Below, one piece after another: positions 1 to 10,765 of a stretch of 19,993 nt of DNA. This DNA is from Octopus sinensis (taxonomy: Eukaryota): NCBI RefSeq assembly GCF_006345805.1, contig NW_021824072.1, positions 1 to 19,993 of the forward strand, in the 5' to 3' direction. A model generated the notes under the pieces. The model was not told where the DNA came from. It saw nothing but the letters and a program-made list of their open reading frames with translations, and searched no databases. Positions within the stretch are counted from its first letter, which is position 1. Each line of letters opens with the position of its first letter. A program made the translations under genes and the position numbers.

Positions 1-2
1 AA

Positions 3-209
3 CTCTTTTACTTGTTTCAGTCATTTGACTGCGGCCATGCTGGAGCATCCCCCGCCTTTAGTCGAGCAAATCGACCCCGGGACTTATTCTTTGTAAGCCC
101 AGTACTTATTCTATCGGTTTCTTTTTTGCCGAACCGCTAGGTAACGGGGACGTAAACACACCAGCATCGGTTGTTAAGCAATGCTAGGGGGACAAACACA
201 GACACACAA

Positions 210-240
<31 letters not shown>

Positions 241-412
241 CATATATACAACAGGCTTCTTTCAGTTTCCGTCTACCAAATCCACTCACAATGCATTGGT
301 CGGCCCGGGGCTATAGCAGAAGACACTTGCCCAAGATGCCACGCAGAGGGACTGAACCCGGAACCATGTGGTTGGTTAGCAAGCTACTTACCACACAGCC
401 ACTCCTGCGCCT
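3..412 (-). mobile_element. tRNA-derived SINE, family A (octopus-type, CORE-like body, internal CA/TA microsatellite), near full length
   Basis: Minus strand reads AGGCGCAGGAGTGGCTGTGTGGTAAG (A box-like) ... GGGTTCAGTCCC (B box-like) ... TTGGGCAAGTGTCTTCT ... and ends ACTGAAACAAGTAAAAGAG. Colinear with copies at 17194-17582 and 19849-19993. Confidence 0.9.
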
Positions 413-659
413 ATATGTAGTTTACTTTGTCATTTCAAATAGTTTAAATTTATTTCACCATTGATATACAATTTGCTGGTGTTTTTTCTTCTTCTTTAAA
501 TGTTACAATCAACAATTATGAAGAGCTTCTCATTGTTAGCTGTGAGAACCAAACTCAGATAAAACACATTAGTAGTTTGGTGGCAGAGATAATATATTCA
601 ACTCCATGCGATGGAGTTTTCTTTGCTTTCTTTTAATTCTTCGTATCTCATTTCCACAC

Positions 660-661
660 AA

Positions 662-711
<50 letters not shown>

Positions 712-983
712 GTACGTACATACATACATACATACACTGTTTCTCTGCCTCAAACTGACAATTCGTGTTAAACATACACATACGTCTAATACAAACACAC
801 GAGTACACACACACACACATATACATGCATGTATAAATATATGCAAATATATATATATATATACACATGTAATATACGTATATATTACGTATGTATGCAT
901 GCATATACAAACATTCATCCATCCATACATATATCTTTACACATAAACACAGGCGCACACACATACGCACATACACACGCACA

Positions 984-1029
<46 letters not shown>

Positions 1030-1035
1030 TATATA
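660..1035. repeat. Compound (CA)n/(CATA)n/(TA)n microsatellite
   Basis: Direct inspection; explains the CV/HT/YI-rich ORFs at 569-1083. Confidence 0.95.
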
Positions 1036-1429
1036 AAAGTAGATAAATGGTACAAGAAGGCACCAATATTTACTGGAAAATAGCAATCGTAATAAATACG
1101 ACGCTATTGTATAGCTTCACTACGTATTTATATATATATATATAGGCAAGTATGTATGAGTGTGCACACACATATTCACACTCATACTCACTCAAGCATG
1201 CATTCACATACATGCACAAACAAAGACATTCTCAAAGATAATTCATGCCTGTCTTTTCATACCTATTATTAACGGAAACCTTAAAAAAATAATATCTGTA
1301 ATTAATTTTTTTATTATTATTATTTTTTTTTCATTTTTCACCTTTACGCAGCCAGAATTGCAATTACATTTTTGATTCAGCTAATATTTAGAAAATCTTT
1401 CAGAAAGAATGATAACGATAGTACCAAAA

Positions 1430-1430
<1 letters not shown>

Positions 1431-1500
<70 letters not shown>

Positions 1501-1511
1501 TGATGATGATG

Positions 1512-1559
<48 letters not shown>

Positions 1560-1677
1560 TATAATAAAAATAATAATAATGATAATGATAATAATAATAC
1601 TAAAAATAATAATAATACTAAAAATAATAATAATAATGATAATAATAATAATAATGATGATAATAATAATAATGATG

Positions 1678-1708
<31 letters not shown>

Positions 1709-1737
1709 GGTAATAATAATAATAATAATAATAATAA
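1431..1737. repeat. Long interrupted (TAA)n microsatellite (~300 bp) with TGA/AAA/TAC variants
   Basis: Direct inspection; source of the poly-I/poly-N ORF at 1497-1745. Confidence 0.97.
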
Positions 1738-1806
1738 ATGTCTAGATGCAGTACCAGGCAGTGTCTCTTGTGGTTTCTGATCTTAACTAATTGTAAGTTT
1801 TATCAT

Positions 1807-1966
<160 letters not shown>

Positions 1967-2402
1967 ACACTAGCAGAATGACCGCCTCAGGGCAGTTTTC
2001 TGCTCGCCACTCGATATTTTCACAGTTGCGATTCCCAATTGTAATAATTTATATATCTTACGTGTAATTATTTCTTTGTATAATAGTGCTCACTTGCTTA
2101 GTAAATATTGCTTTTATTATTTTATCACAGTCATTATCGCTCTTTTTTAAACAAACATAAAGGTAGTCCAAGTAGATATATACATACATTATATAATTCC
2201 CAGAAAACGAAGAACAAACACAAGAAAAAATAACAACGTGAGGAAGTGGTACATACAAAGTATCAGCAGAAGCTCAGGGAAAGAGAAAAAGGTGGTTTTA
2301 TACTTCGAGCAAGGGACTTCTACAGAAACAGGAGACAGAAGAAAGTCCAAGAGAAAAGGAAGATGGAGGAAAAAATCGCCAACGATTCACGTGGTTCTAT
2401 TT

Positions 2403-2426
2403 GATATATATATATCTATATATATA

Positions 2427-2464
<38 letters not shown>

Positions 2465-2483
2465 TATAATATCTATATATATA
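2403..2483. repeat. (TA)n microsatellite
   Basis: Direct inspection. Confidence 0.95.
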
Positions 2484-2690
2484 GGTAAACAGTAAAATTA
2501 ATTACAGACATGGACAAGAACATGAAACACCACAGAGACTACACAAGAACCACAGGACGGACATTCGAAGCCCTCAGTCATCAGTCAAGAACCAGATCAT
2601 CTTAGCAATTTCGGCTGATTAATCTTGAGATTGCTCCGATATGGCCAGCCCGCCAAGGAAATCTAAGCCAAGCGCATTAGATCCCCTATA
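2484..2690 (-). mobile_element. Unclassified interspersed repeat fragment, possibly a Penelope pLTR
   Basis: On the minus strand it ends ...TTTACTGTTTACC directly into (TA)n, like the three pLTR-like fragments at 12.7-15.8 kb, and it has an internal AGCAAT/ATTGCT stem. No convincing hammerhead core. Confidence 0.35.
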
Positions 2691-2706
2691 CATACATTTA
2701 TATAAC

Positions 2707-3028
2707 TGGCACTCCCTCGGATACGACGATGAGGGTTCCAGTTGATCCGATCAACAGATAAGCCTGCTCTTGAAATTAACGTGCAAGTGGCTGAGCACTC
2801 CACGGACACGTGTACCTTTAACGTAGCGCTCAGGGAGATTCGGTTTGACAGGGAATGGGATATGGATGACATTCTAAATTACAGATACTTATCATAATTG
2901 CCTGCTGAGTGGACTGGAGCAACGTGAAATAAAGTATCTTGCTCAAGGACACAACACGCCGCCGGGAATCTAAATCACCACTTAATGGCCGTGAACAGAA
3001 TATCCCTAACCACTAAGCAATGCTCCTC
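2707..3028 (-). mobile_element. tRNA-derived SINE, family C (CORE-like GTGTCCTTGAGCAAGATACTT body), diverged
   Basis: Minus strand has TTAGTGGTTAGGG (A box-like), GATTCCCGGCGGCG, GTGTCCTTGAGCAAG and TGCTCCAGTCCACTCAGC. The tail ...CTCAGCCACTTGCACGTTAATTTC... is shared with a degenerate copy at 12470-12530. Confidence 0.85.
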
Positions 3029-3032
3029 TAGT

Positions 3033-3180
3033 TTATATATATATATATATATATATACATATATACATACATATATATGTATATATATGCATATACATAT
3101 ATGCATATATATATGTATATATATATACTTATATAATACACATATTTATAAATATATACACAAACACACACATACACACC
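3033..3180. repeat. (TA)n/(CATA)n/(CA)n microsatellite
   Basis: Direct inspection. Confidence 0.9.
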
Positions 3181-3281
3181 CACTATTGTAGCAAGACTAT
3201 TTAAGAGAATAGCAGAATGCGACTCTAAAAATTGTATTCTGTTATTCTCTTAGCTATTCTTCTATTCTTGCTACAATAGTG
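3181..3281 (+). repeat. Foldback / long inverted repeat
   Basis: 3181-3196 pairs perfectly with 3266-3281 (16 bp). 3202-3220 pairs with 3234-3252 (19 bp, two G-T) around a 13-nt loop. Confidence 0.9.
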
Positions 3282-4615
3282 ACAACATGAATGTTTTCCA
3301 TCCTCTTGCTGTTAAACTATTTAAGAAAACTTATATTAATATAGCTTGTCTGTTGAAAATCCATAGTTGTGCAACTGAAGAGAGCACTGCATTTAAATTG
3401 ATGTAATGATTGCATTGTTCAATTAAATCGAGTCTCTTGAAACGGTCGTACTGCATCACTACTTGAAATCCTGTTACTCATTTTGATATATATATATACA
3501 GAGGGTGGGCCACAATATACGCATATTTAACGTTCCACATGTTGCAGAACTGTGAAAGAAATGCTTAAGTTTTTGTAAAATTGAATAGAATAAATGGCGA
3601 ATACACATGTACTTGTATATGATGGACAAAATGTCAAATGTTTTGGCGTGTGACCTTTGACCCACCATGCATATATACATTTAAGGAATACACACGTAGA
3701 TGCATATGCGCACACACAGATCCCTGCACACACACGCACATATGGACACATATAGACGCACACATACTCTCTCCCTACGCACACATCTATACGTGTTGAA
3801 GGACGTACATTGATATCAAGACGCATGCCAATTTTCCTACGTATGTATTCGCCAGAACTGTCGTATACATTTATGCTTACACATGCACATAGACACCTCT
3901 CGAAAATCAGCGCTCGTCTTCATAAAATCATAAATATTCAGTACAGCTACAACTTACCAAACACACTGTGTATATTGGAAAAAGCTACATAGAAAAGTCT
4001 TTCACATGAATAACCTATTGATTATTGCTATTGTAATATGAAGTTGTGAAGAGTGGAATAATTATTATCTACCTTCTCTTACAGACCTGAAGTTGAACCA
4101 AAAATATATCTATTTTAACGAATAGGAAATCTTATTATTGTGAAACCGTATTCACACACACGCTTATACATTGTCATTGGCGACTGTTTCTCTTGTCCAG
4201 GTATTACAATTTCCTCTCGAGTGAGCGATTCTTAGATATTAGTGGCGTTGATTATTGAAGGAGGTCAACCCCTTTGCAAAACAGACAGTAAAAAGAGGGA
4301 AAGGAAGAGTTGGTAGATACGTATTAGCAGTTGTTGTTGTTAACCATTTTGAGTTCTTAGCGTTTTCTTCATCTTATTCTTTTGACTGCAAGAATGTAAA
4401 TTCAGACGGCGATAACATGATAGCACTTGGCATGGTTCTAAGTTTCTGTTACTCTTGTTTCTTTGTCTAAATTCTTGCCATTATGAGAGTTGAACTTACC
4501 TGGTCTTTGTAATGACGTAGAGAACATTTTCGTAGTGGGTAATTCCTCTGAAGAAGGTTTAACAAGGAAATCTTCAATTTTAGCCAAACGATCTGACCAC
4601 CGTAATCGGAGATGT

Positions 4616-4616
4616 G

Positions 4617-4689
<73 letters not shown>

Positions 4690-4691
4690 AT
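4616..4691. repeat. (TA)n(TG)n microsatellite
   Basis: Direct inspection. Confidence 0.95.
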
Positions 4692-5084
<393 letters not shown>

Positions 5085-5240
5085 GTGGGTGATTCTATGC
5101 TTGGAATGCTAGTTTTTCATTCTATTACAATGTTGTTGTTTATGTAATATTCCAATGATGTTGAAGATGGCACAGGGGTATTGTTGATGAAAATACTCTG
5201 GCATTTTAAAGTCTCGACGGTATGTGTGTGTGTGTGTTTC

Positions 5241-5338
5241 TTCTATTTTTTAAGTATTATAAATCTCCACTGAGGAGGGAGCCGGCTACCAACAAAGGAA
5301 CAAGGCTTCGTCTTTGGGACGCAGTTTACACAGACAAA
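5241..5338 (-). mobile_element. Solo 3' UTR of the R4/Dong-like LINE
   Basis: About 85% identical by eye to 6697-6799, the UTR after the RLE stop codon. Homology stops at the stop codon. Confidence 0.85.
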
Positions 5339-5359
5339 TGCCTGTATATATGTATGTTT

Positions 5360-5797
5360 GCTAACGTTTCTTATTTCTTTATTGCCCACAAGGGGCTAAA
5401 CATAGAGGGGACAAACAAGGACAGACAAAGGGATTAAGTCGATTACATCAACCCCAGTGCGTGACTGGTACTTAATTTATCGACCCCGAAAGGATGAAAG
5501 GCAAAGTCGACCTCGGCGGAATTTGAACTCAGAACGTAGCAACAGACGAAATACCTATTTCTTTACTACCCACAAGGGGCTAAACACGCAGGGGACAAAC
5601 AAGGATAGACAAACGGATTAAGTCGATTATATCGGCTCCAGTGCGTAACTCGTAAACTGGTACTTTATTTATCGACCCCGAAAGGTTGAAAGGCAAAGTC
5701 GACCTCGGCGGAATTTGAACTCAGAACGTAACGGCAGACGAAATACCGCTTAAGCATCTCGTCCGGCATGCTAACGTTTCTGCCAGCTCGCCGCCTT
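5360..5797 (-). mobile_element. tRNA-SINE family B head-to-tail dimer plus a 12-bp start of a third unit
   Basis: Minus head GGCGGCGAGCTGGCAGAAACGTTAGC, B box GAGTTCAAATTCC, central GGTCGACTTTGCCTTTCATCCTTTCGGGGTCGATAAA. TATTTCTTTA recurs at 5372 and 5556. The central block resembles, from memory, the Meta/Sauria-SINE-type domain (unverified). Confidence 0.9.
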
Positions 5798-6280
5798 TAT
5801 AATCGATACATAAATATATAATAGATACATAGATAAGCACACACACACACACCACACACACTTAAAAGGTTTGTTGCACTCAGGGATAAAACGGAGCATT
5901 TGCATGGCTTCTGAGTTGAAAACCTTAATAGTAAAAACTTCAGCCCCAATCTTTCTTGTCTTCTTTAACATTTGTACAAACAAGAAATTTCTAATTTCTA
6001 ATGGTACCATTAAAGTTAATGTGATATGACGAGAAATAAATTAATGATTTTGAAAATGGAATTCTAATTTTAGGGTAAAAAAAAAAAACAGAGCAAAACA
6101 ACACAAAAATATGAATTATTTTTCATCGAATGAAAATTGAAAATTACACGGAAAAAAATATATCTTTTATTGATTATAAATATATCATGCTTGAAGGGAA
6201 ATTGTCAGCAAATTACATCTAATTCGGTGTAGGTTTAATGGAGAGAAGAATTAAATTGAAATAATCAGCTAGACTGGATT

Positions 6281-6692
6281 ATGTGTGTTTATATGTGTAT
6301 ATATATATTAGTGTGTACTTGTATGTGTATTTATGTATGTATGTATGTATGTATGTATGTATGTATTTATGCATGTAAGTTTGTATTTATGTATGTATGT
6401 ATGTACGTATGTATGTGTGTATCTATGTATATGTGTGTATGTATCTGTGTATGTATATATGTATGTACTTATGTATCTGTGTGTATATGTATACATGGAT
6501 TTGTGTACATATGTATGTCCGTATGTATGCGTGTATGAATGAGTGTGTATATGTATGCATATGGGTGTATGTTTGTATGTCTGTCAATCTGTATGTATGC
6601 ATGAATGTATTTATGTATGTATGCATGTATACATGTATGCATGAATGCATGTATGTATGCACACATGCATGCATGTATGTATGTGTGCGTGT
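6281..6692. repeat. Degenerate (TATG)n microsatellite
   Basis: Direct inspection; source of the many MYVC/HTYI ORFs at 6281-6777. Confidence 0.95.
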
Positions 6693-6696
6693 ACGT

Positions 6697-7541
6697 CTCT
6701 ATTACATTTTAATTATTATAAATCTTCCACTGAGGAGGGAGCCGGTTTCCAACAAAGATACAAAGTTCCCTCTTTAGGATGTAGTTTACACAGACAAATT
6801 CACATTTGGAACTTGAGGAAAGTCTTGCATATTTTTACTGTTCCACTTACAGATTGCACTTCTAATGTACAAATCTGCCAGTCGATTTCTCTTTCTGAAA
6901 ATCTCAGTTTATTTAGATTCTCCTTTAAGCCTTTCCTAACAAAACCTAGTGGTCCAATTATTATTGGTATGAATATGAATTCATGGTCTGGACATAGAAG
7001 CTGTGGGTTTCGAAGCAGTTGTTCACATATATCCTCTTTTACTTTGATTTTCAACCAAATATTTATATTTGCAGTGGTACATACCTTTGATCCTCCAAAC
7101 ACTAATATCCGGCCTGTTATATTTACATTTGACAGAATTTTTGATGAGAATATTCCACCAGTATTCCTTGAGTTGATATTTATGAATGTATTCCATAACA
7201 GAGGGATTTTCCAAGTTTATTTCAGGACAGTCTTTTATGCGGATGGCATTGTAAATTGTTTTAGCAGCAAAAACATGCCGTATACAGGGGTAGTACCATG
7301 ACATTTTCGAACAGTTGCTAACCACATGCGTAATGCCTTCCACAGAAATATGACAAGCCTACACGTGCGGTTGCACCTTGGGATTACAAGAGCGTCACTG
7401 TCTCTCTTGTTCACCAGGTACTTTGTGGCAATTTCCTTTTCCTGGATTGCAAACGCATAGCCTTCAAAGTGTAATGTGATGTAGTGGTCTTGTGTCCAAG
7501 TGAGGCTGCGCTTCGTGTGATTTCTACTATCTTCTTCAAGC

Positions 7542-7543
<2 letters not shown>
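6697..7543 (-). mobile_element. 5'-truncated, frameshifted R4/Dong-like non-LTR retrotransposon: post-RT region, CCHC zinc knuckle, restriction-like endonuclease (RLE), 3' UTR
   Basis: Joining the three minus ORFs gives EGYAFAIQEKEIATKY ... CRL/CHISVEGITHVVSNC (C-x2-C-x7-H-x4-C; 1-bp deletion near 7355), RHVFAAK, WWNILIKNSVKCKYNRPDISVW, then (frameshift, likely losing the D/E..P residues) IPIIIGPLGFV ... GTVKICKTFL, stop at 6800-6802. These are R4-clade RLE motifs recalled from family knowledge. Confidence 0.85.
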
Positions 7544-7572
<29 letters not shown>

Positions 7573-7680
7573 TGTATGAATATATTTATTTATTTATTTA
7601 TTTATTTATTTATGTATGTATGTATGCATGTATGTATGTATATATTTATTTATGTATGTATGTATGTATATATGTATATT
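7544..7680. repeat. (TATG)n/(TATT)n microsatellite
   Basis: Direct inspection; abuts the 5' truncation point of the R4-like element. Confidence 0.95.
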
Positions 7681-7889
7681 ATCTGTAGTTTTTCCTTAAC
7701 CGAATTCTTCCTGTAATGAAAGGGCTCTCACAGAGAAACATCCCTATCACTGGAATTCGGAAAACAAATATTGTTACATGTTGAACTTAAGAAAGGTCTT
7801 GCAAAATCTTTTCAAAAGGATGGGGTGGTCATTGATGGAACGTCTTTGATCGTTATTCTGTCGGATCTGCCTAACAAGAGAACCCTAAA

Positions 7890-8330
7890 CACTTTCGTTT
7901 GATTTGCTAGAAACAACAGCAAATCTTTGCCAATCTTCACCATAATGTTGTAAAAATGATGAACACACTGAAAAAGTGAAACTTAAATAGACTGTGTCTG
8001 AAGACCAATGGTGTGTGGCATCAGGAAAGGCGCTTATGACAAGTCTATTTTATCAATACTGACCATGGGCTAAACGGTAACCTTATAACATATCCTGCCA
8101 ACGAGAGAGGTTCTACATGGTTGCTAGATCTGCTAGAAATAACAGTGAAATATCTCTCAAATGCCTACGTTAACATCTATAAAAGAAACTACTCATTGGG
8201 TAATGCAGTCCTAGAAACACTATACCATAGCAAAAAGTGGGATGTTCATGGCTGGAAACTCTCGACTCAATTACAGGGTACCTATGAGAAACCAAGATGT
8301 TTAAGCAAAATGTACGACTGCAGGGATATT
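7890..8330 (+). mobile_element. Highly degenerate interspersed repeat remnants (unclassified)
   Basis: TGCTAGAAA(C/T)AACAG recurs near 7905 and 8131; the sequence resembles a common octopus repeat from memory only. Confidence 0.3.
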
Positions 8331-8600
8331 AGCCAATGAAATCAAGTTTGAAAACACGAGGACAGAAATATTTTTTCGGGGTATTATATAGCTGTAGTGG
8401 TTTGTTTCACCTGAAACATCCATTAATGCCTCTTAATAATCTGCTGCTGAAATGTTTGCGAATAAAACCATAAAGAAACAATAAAGCTGCAACGAAAATT
8501 GCTAATTAAACGTAATTCTTTCAAATGAATACACAATTCTAAAATAAAACTGACTCAACGTTGAAAATCATATCATAAAGACAGCAACGAGCAACATAGA

Positions 8601-9280
8601 ATACCTATTTCTTTACTACCCACAAGGGGCTACATACAGAGGGGACAGACAAGGACAGACAAGGACAGACAAACGGATTAAGTCGATTGTAACACGACCC
8701 CAGTGCGTAACTGGTACTTATTTAATCGACCCGAAAGGATGAGAGGCAAAGTCGACCTCGGCGGAATTTGAACTCAGAACGTAGCGGCGGACGAAATACG
8801 GGTACGCATTTCGCCCGGCGTGCTAACGTTTCTTATTTCTTTACTGCTCAGAAGGGGCTACATACAGAGAGGTAAAACAAGGACAGACAAAGGGATTAAG
8901 CCGAGTATATCGACCCCAGTGCGTAACTGGTACTTATTTAATCGACCTCGAAAGGATGAAAGGCAAAGTCGACCTCGGCGGAATTTGAACTCAGAACATA
9001 GCGGCGGACGAAATACGGCTACGCATTTCGTCCGGCGTGCTAACGTTCCTTATTTCTTTACTGCCCACAAGGGGCTACACACAGAGGGGTCAGACGAGGA
9101 CAGACAAACGGATTAAGTTGAGTATATCGACCCCAGTGCGTAACTGGTAGTTATTCAATCGGCCCCGAAAGGATGAAAGGCAAAGTCGACCTCGGCGGAA
9201 TTTGAACTCAGAACGTAACGGCAGACGAAATGCGGCTACGTATGTCGCCCGGCGTGTTAACATTTCTGCCAGCTCGCCGC
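8601..9280 (-). mobile_element. tRNA-SINE family B head-to-tail trimer (units of about 217-228 bp)
   Basis: TATTTCTTTA at 8606, 8834 and 9051. Only the first unit (head at 9280) has the complete GCGGCGAGCTGGCAG 5' end, and each unit has the B box GAGTTCAAATTCC. Confidence 0.92.
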
Positions 9281-9669
9281 AATTGATGTTGAAAACTCTT
9301 ATAATTTGCAATCTTGTTACATTTTATTCTTCAAATTCTTGCTGTGTAAATAATCTTTAAGCCATAAATAACTTTATAATGGTATTCTGAAAAGAATTAA
9401 CCGAAGCCATACTAATATCTAAAATGAGAAAATGATGAGATGATATTATATTCTAGTGATATACAATTAGGTTTTTTAATTAATTAAAGCGTACTATAAG
9501 GCATCTTTTTATTTTCTAAAAAAAAGTTGAGTATGAAAGAATTCTACTTCGACAAAAGTATCTAATTTATGGTATTTAACTGGAACCAGAAATTTTCTGC
9601 AATCTTCCCTACAGGAAGGTAATAGAGTTTTCAGTAGTCCCACCGGTGTTTGTTTGTTTATGTCCTCGA

Positions 9670-9825
9670 ATTATCGGCATTCCTTCCGATTCTTTACATT
9701 CTGAGTTCAAATGTCGTCGAGGTCAACTTTCACTTTCGAGGTCGATAAAATATAGAATCAACTATCAATCAAATACTTAGGTCTATGTAATCGATTGGCC
9801 CCTCCCTCAAAATAGCTGTCCTTGA
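9670..9825 (+). mobile_element. Degenerate family B-related SINE fragment
   Basis: TTCTGAGTTCAAATGTCGTCGAGGTCAACTTT--CACTTTCGAGGTCGATAAAAT matches the family B B box and central domain. Confidence 0.7.
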
Positions 9826-9946
9826 ACCCTGAAACGAATAGGCGCCCACTCGTAGGGCCTGTTGTGATATCGATCACTTAAACACCATGGAAAGCGAACA
9901 ACCCGCCTTATGAATCGTAGGGCTTGAGATGAAAACAAAAACTGTC

Positions 9947-10394
9947 GGATCTTTTCGGTTTGAACGGCATTTTTTAACATAATTTCTAGGTAACTAAAAA
10001 ATTTTAAACTTCATATACTGATAGTATGTTTTATAAAACATCTTTTTCTCTTGGCTTTATTGAGAAAATTCTATGGTTTGTAAGATATTTGTTGTTTTTT
10101 TCTTCAATTTCTGCAATTTCAACAAATCACTGACGTCCATTGAGGTAAACATTCTGTGACGTATGAATATGTCCCTCGTTTAAGAAACAGATTGGGTTTA
10201 TTTACATTTGTGAAGAAAAAAAGATACCCTTCCCCCCATCCCTAACCCTAACTAACCCTAATCCTAACTAACCCTAACTAACCCTAACCCTAAAATAGAT
10301 TGAAATGCAATAGACCGATTCTAGGGTCATAATTATGGGTGACAATTTCATATGACACCGCTAGAAAAATCTGCCGTTCAAACCGAAAAGATCC
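9947..10394. mobile_element. MITE (non-autonomous TIR DNA transposon) copy 1, 448 bp, with an internal CCCTAA-like array
   Basis: TIR GGATCTTTTCGGTTTGAACGGCA / TGCCGTTCAAACCGAAAAGATCC. Flanks AAAACTGTC / AAAATGTC form an imperfect TSD. Colinear with 16402-16847. Confidence 0.92.
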
Positions 10395-10681
10395 AAAATG
10401 TCTACACACGATATATTTATTCTGGTAGACATTTCTCACATTTACATCCGGTATGACTATTATTGTAGAATCGCTTTCCCATTTCGATACGGAAAACATT
10501 AATTCTTCTACTATCTTCGTACGTCTATATGGGATACATCAATTCATCTACCCGTTTGTCACATCTGCAATGGATACAGTAATTCATCTACCCTTTTTCC
10601 TACACCGTTATCCCCTCTTTCAGTTTCTCTAGCACCCATACATAACCGCATAAAATACGTCCATTTTTTCCTATCTATACT

Positions 10682-10682
<1 letters not shown>

Positions 10683-10713
<31 letters not shown>

Positions 10714-10765
10714 ACACACACACAGAGACACACACGCACGCACACACATCACAAACGCACACATT
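10683..10765. repeat. (CA)n microsatellite
   Basis: Direct inspection. Confidence 0.9.

Noticed and set aside
2560-2590. Hammerhead at CUGAUGA (minus strand)
   Set aside because: Followed by GAAU rather than GAAA, with no stem I or stem II pairing.
4068-4260. Acceptor-like sites TCTCTTACAG (4083) and TCTCTTGTCCAG (4200) on +
   Set aside because: All three downstream frames stop within 20 codons and no good donor follows.
4547-4572. Other CTGA(A/T)GA...GAAA hits (4547, 7993, 18264)
   Set aside because: No stem II, III or I can be formed.
5360-9280. CRISPR-like appearance of the repeated ~200-bp units
   Set aside because: Units are whole SINE bodies with no unique spacers, there are no cas genes, and the context is eukaryotic.
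8592-9291. CAACAT/ATGTTG inverted flanks around the SINE trimer
   Set aside because: Only 6 bp, not abutting the element ends symmetrically; chance level.
9596-9622. Putative 4-nt microexon CCCTACAG|GAAG|GTAATA
   Set aside because: Frame-shifting length, no flanking gene evidence, and expected by chance in 20 kb.
10241-10292. True or healed telomere
   Set aside because: Degenerate, short, and located inside a TIR element at the same position in two copies.
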